Shown here in pieces: positions 62,958 through 64,000 of a stretch of 64,000 bases of DNA. Origin of the DNA: Gemmatimonadota bacterium (GTDB lineage Bacteria; Gemmatimonadota; Gemmatimonadetes; Gemmatimonadales; GWC2-71-9); assembly GCA_003223395.1 (NCBI GenBank), contig QHUZ01000052.1:24953-88952 (forward strand). Reading direction: 5' to 3'. The notes beneath the pieces were generated by a model. That model was not told where the DNA came from, made no database searches, and saw nothing but the letters and a program-made list of their open reading frames with translations. How positions within the stretch are numbered: the first letter of the stretch is position 1; every line of letters begins with the position of its first letter. The translations under genes and the position numbers were made by a program.

Positions 62958-64000
62958 CTAAACTCTGACGGGCTGCACAGCCTTGCCGTCTCCTCCTTCC
63001 CAGGGTGTGGGGACGCGAGTGGCCTCGGGCCACGCGATGTCGGGGAAATGCTCCGGACCGTAGCGTCCCGCCTCGCCTTTCTGCTTTCGGCGCAACGCTT
63101 TAAGCACCTTCTCCGGCGTGACCGGCACTTCGTCGACGCGGACTCCCACCGCGTCATACACAGCATTCGCCACGGCCGGCATGACGGGCAGCAACGGTCC
63201 CTGGCCGACTTCCTTCGCGCCGAAGGGGCCGTTCGGGTCGGGATCCTCGATCAGGTATGTGACGACGTCACACATTTCCAGCGTTGTAGGGCTCTTGTAT
63301 TCGAGCAAGGATGGGATCTTGTGGACCACTTTGAGATCGCCACGGTAGGTCATCTCCTCCATCAGCGCCTCGCCCAGGCCCATGTAGATCGAGCCCTCCA
63401 CCTGGCCGATTACCGACGCGGCGTTGATCGATCGACCGACGTCATGCGCGATCCAGATGGTGGGCACGCGCACGATACCGGTTTCGGGATCGACGTCCAC
63501 CTCGGCCACGCAGGCGCTGTAGGAATACGCCGGGGAGGGGCCGACGCCAGCGCCGCGGTATTTTCCTGCGCTCATCGGTGGCGTGTACGAACCGACCGTC
63601 CCAATCGTCCCTTCTGCGGCTTCTGCCAGCTGGATCGCCTCGGCGAACGCCATCCCACGCTTTCGATCTTTGGAGTCGAACACCCGGCCGTCAGCGAACG
63701 TCAGCCGCTCGACGGGGACCTCGAGCTTCTTGCTCGCGTGTAGCGCGAGGATCTGACGCGCGCGCTCGGCGGCCTGGAGGGCGGCGTTCCCGGTCATCAG
63801 GGTAACGCGGCTCGAATAGCTGCCGAGGTCCACCGGCGTCAGGTCGGTGTCGGCGGTGACGACCGCGATGTCGAACGGATCGATGCCGAGCACTTCGGCG
63901 ACGATGTAGGCGAGGATCGAATCCGATCCCTGCCCGATCTCTGTCGAACCGCAGAACACCGTCACGCCGCCGCCGCGGTCGCATTTCAGCTGCACGCCCG
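62958..64000 (-). CDS. molybdopterin-binding subunit of xanthine-dehydrogenase family (4-hydroxybenzoyl-CoA reductase alpha-like), 5' part outside the window
   Basis: EIGQGS, GSYSSRVT, GQVEG, GPFGAKEVGQ, ANAVYDAVG. Confidence 0.88.
   Translation of the reverse strand, partial: GVQLKCDRGGGVTVFCGSTEIGQGSDSILAYIVAEVLGIDPFDIAVVTADTDLTPVDLGSYSSRVTLMTGNAALQAAERARQILALHASKKLEVPVERLTFADGRVFDSKDRKRGMAFAEAIQLAEAAEGTIGTVGSYTPPMSAGKYRGAGVGPSPAYSYSACVAEVDVDPETGIVRVPTIWIAHDVGRSINAASVIGQVEGSIYMGLGEALMEEMTYRGDLKVVHKIPSLLEYKSPTTLEMCDVVTYLIEDPDPNGPFGAKEVGQGPLLPVMPAVANAVYDAVGVRVDEVPVTPEKVLKALRRKQKGEAGRYGPEHFPDIAWPEATRVPTPWEGGDGKAVQPVRV

Overview
High-GC bacterial chromosomal window, most consistent with a Gemmatimonadota-like genome (inferred from gene content; probably a metagenome-assembled scaffold). 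It is densely coding, with about 55 CDS and no rRNA, tRNA, CRISPR array or transposase that I can see. Housekeeping genes include selD, gyrA, argC-argB-argD-argA, serA and leuS. The rest are secreted hydrolases and peptidases, two ECF sigma/anti-sigma pairs, signalling genes and an interrupted 4-hydroxybenzoyl-CoA-reductase-like molybdoenzyme operon. Items the ORF track misses: (1) SelD is a selenoprotein (in-frame UGA at 1054-1056 plus a SECIS hairpin). (2) Short tandem arrays of almost always four units recur, with unrelated 7-, 8-, 9- and 10-bp units, often as inverted 4+4 pairs around a variable spacer. They sit in frame in signal peptides and loops, including in leuS. This is the most unusual signal in the window. 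(3) Three copies of a 28-bp GTAG-type REP palindrome. (4) A heme-oxygenase-like di-iron protein is coupled to a PAS hybrid kinase. (5) An Omp85-like gene has no canonical start codon. (6) Four frame-breaking lesions that may be assembly errors. (7) Many apparently leaderless promoters.
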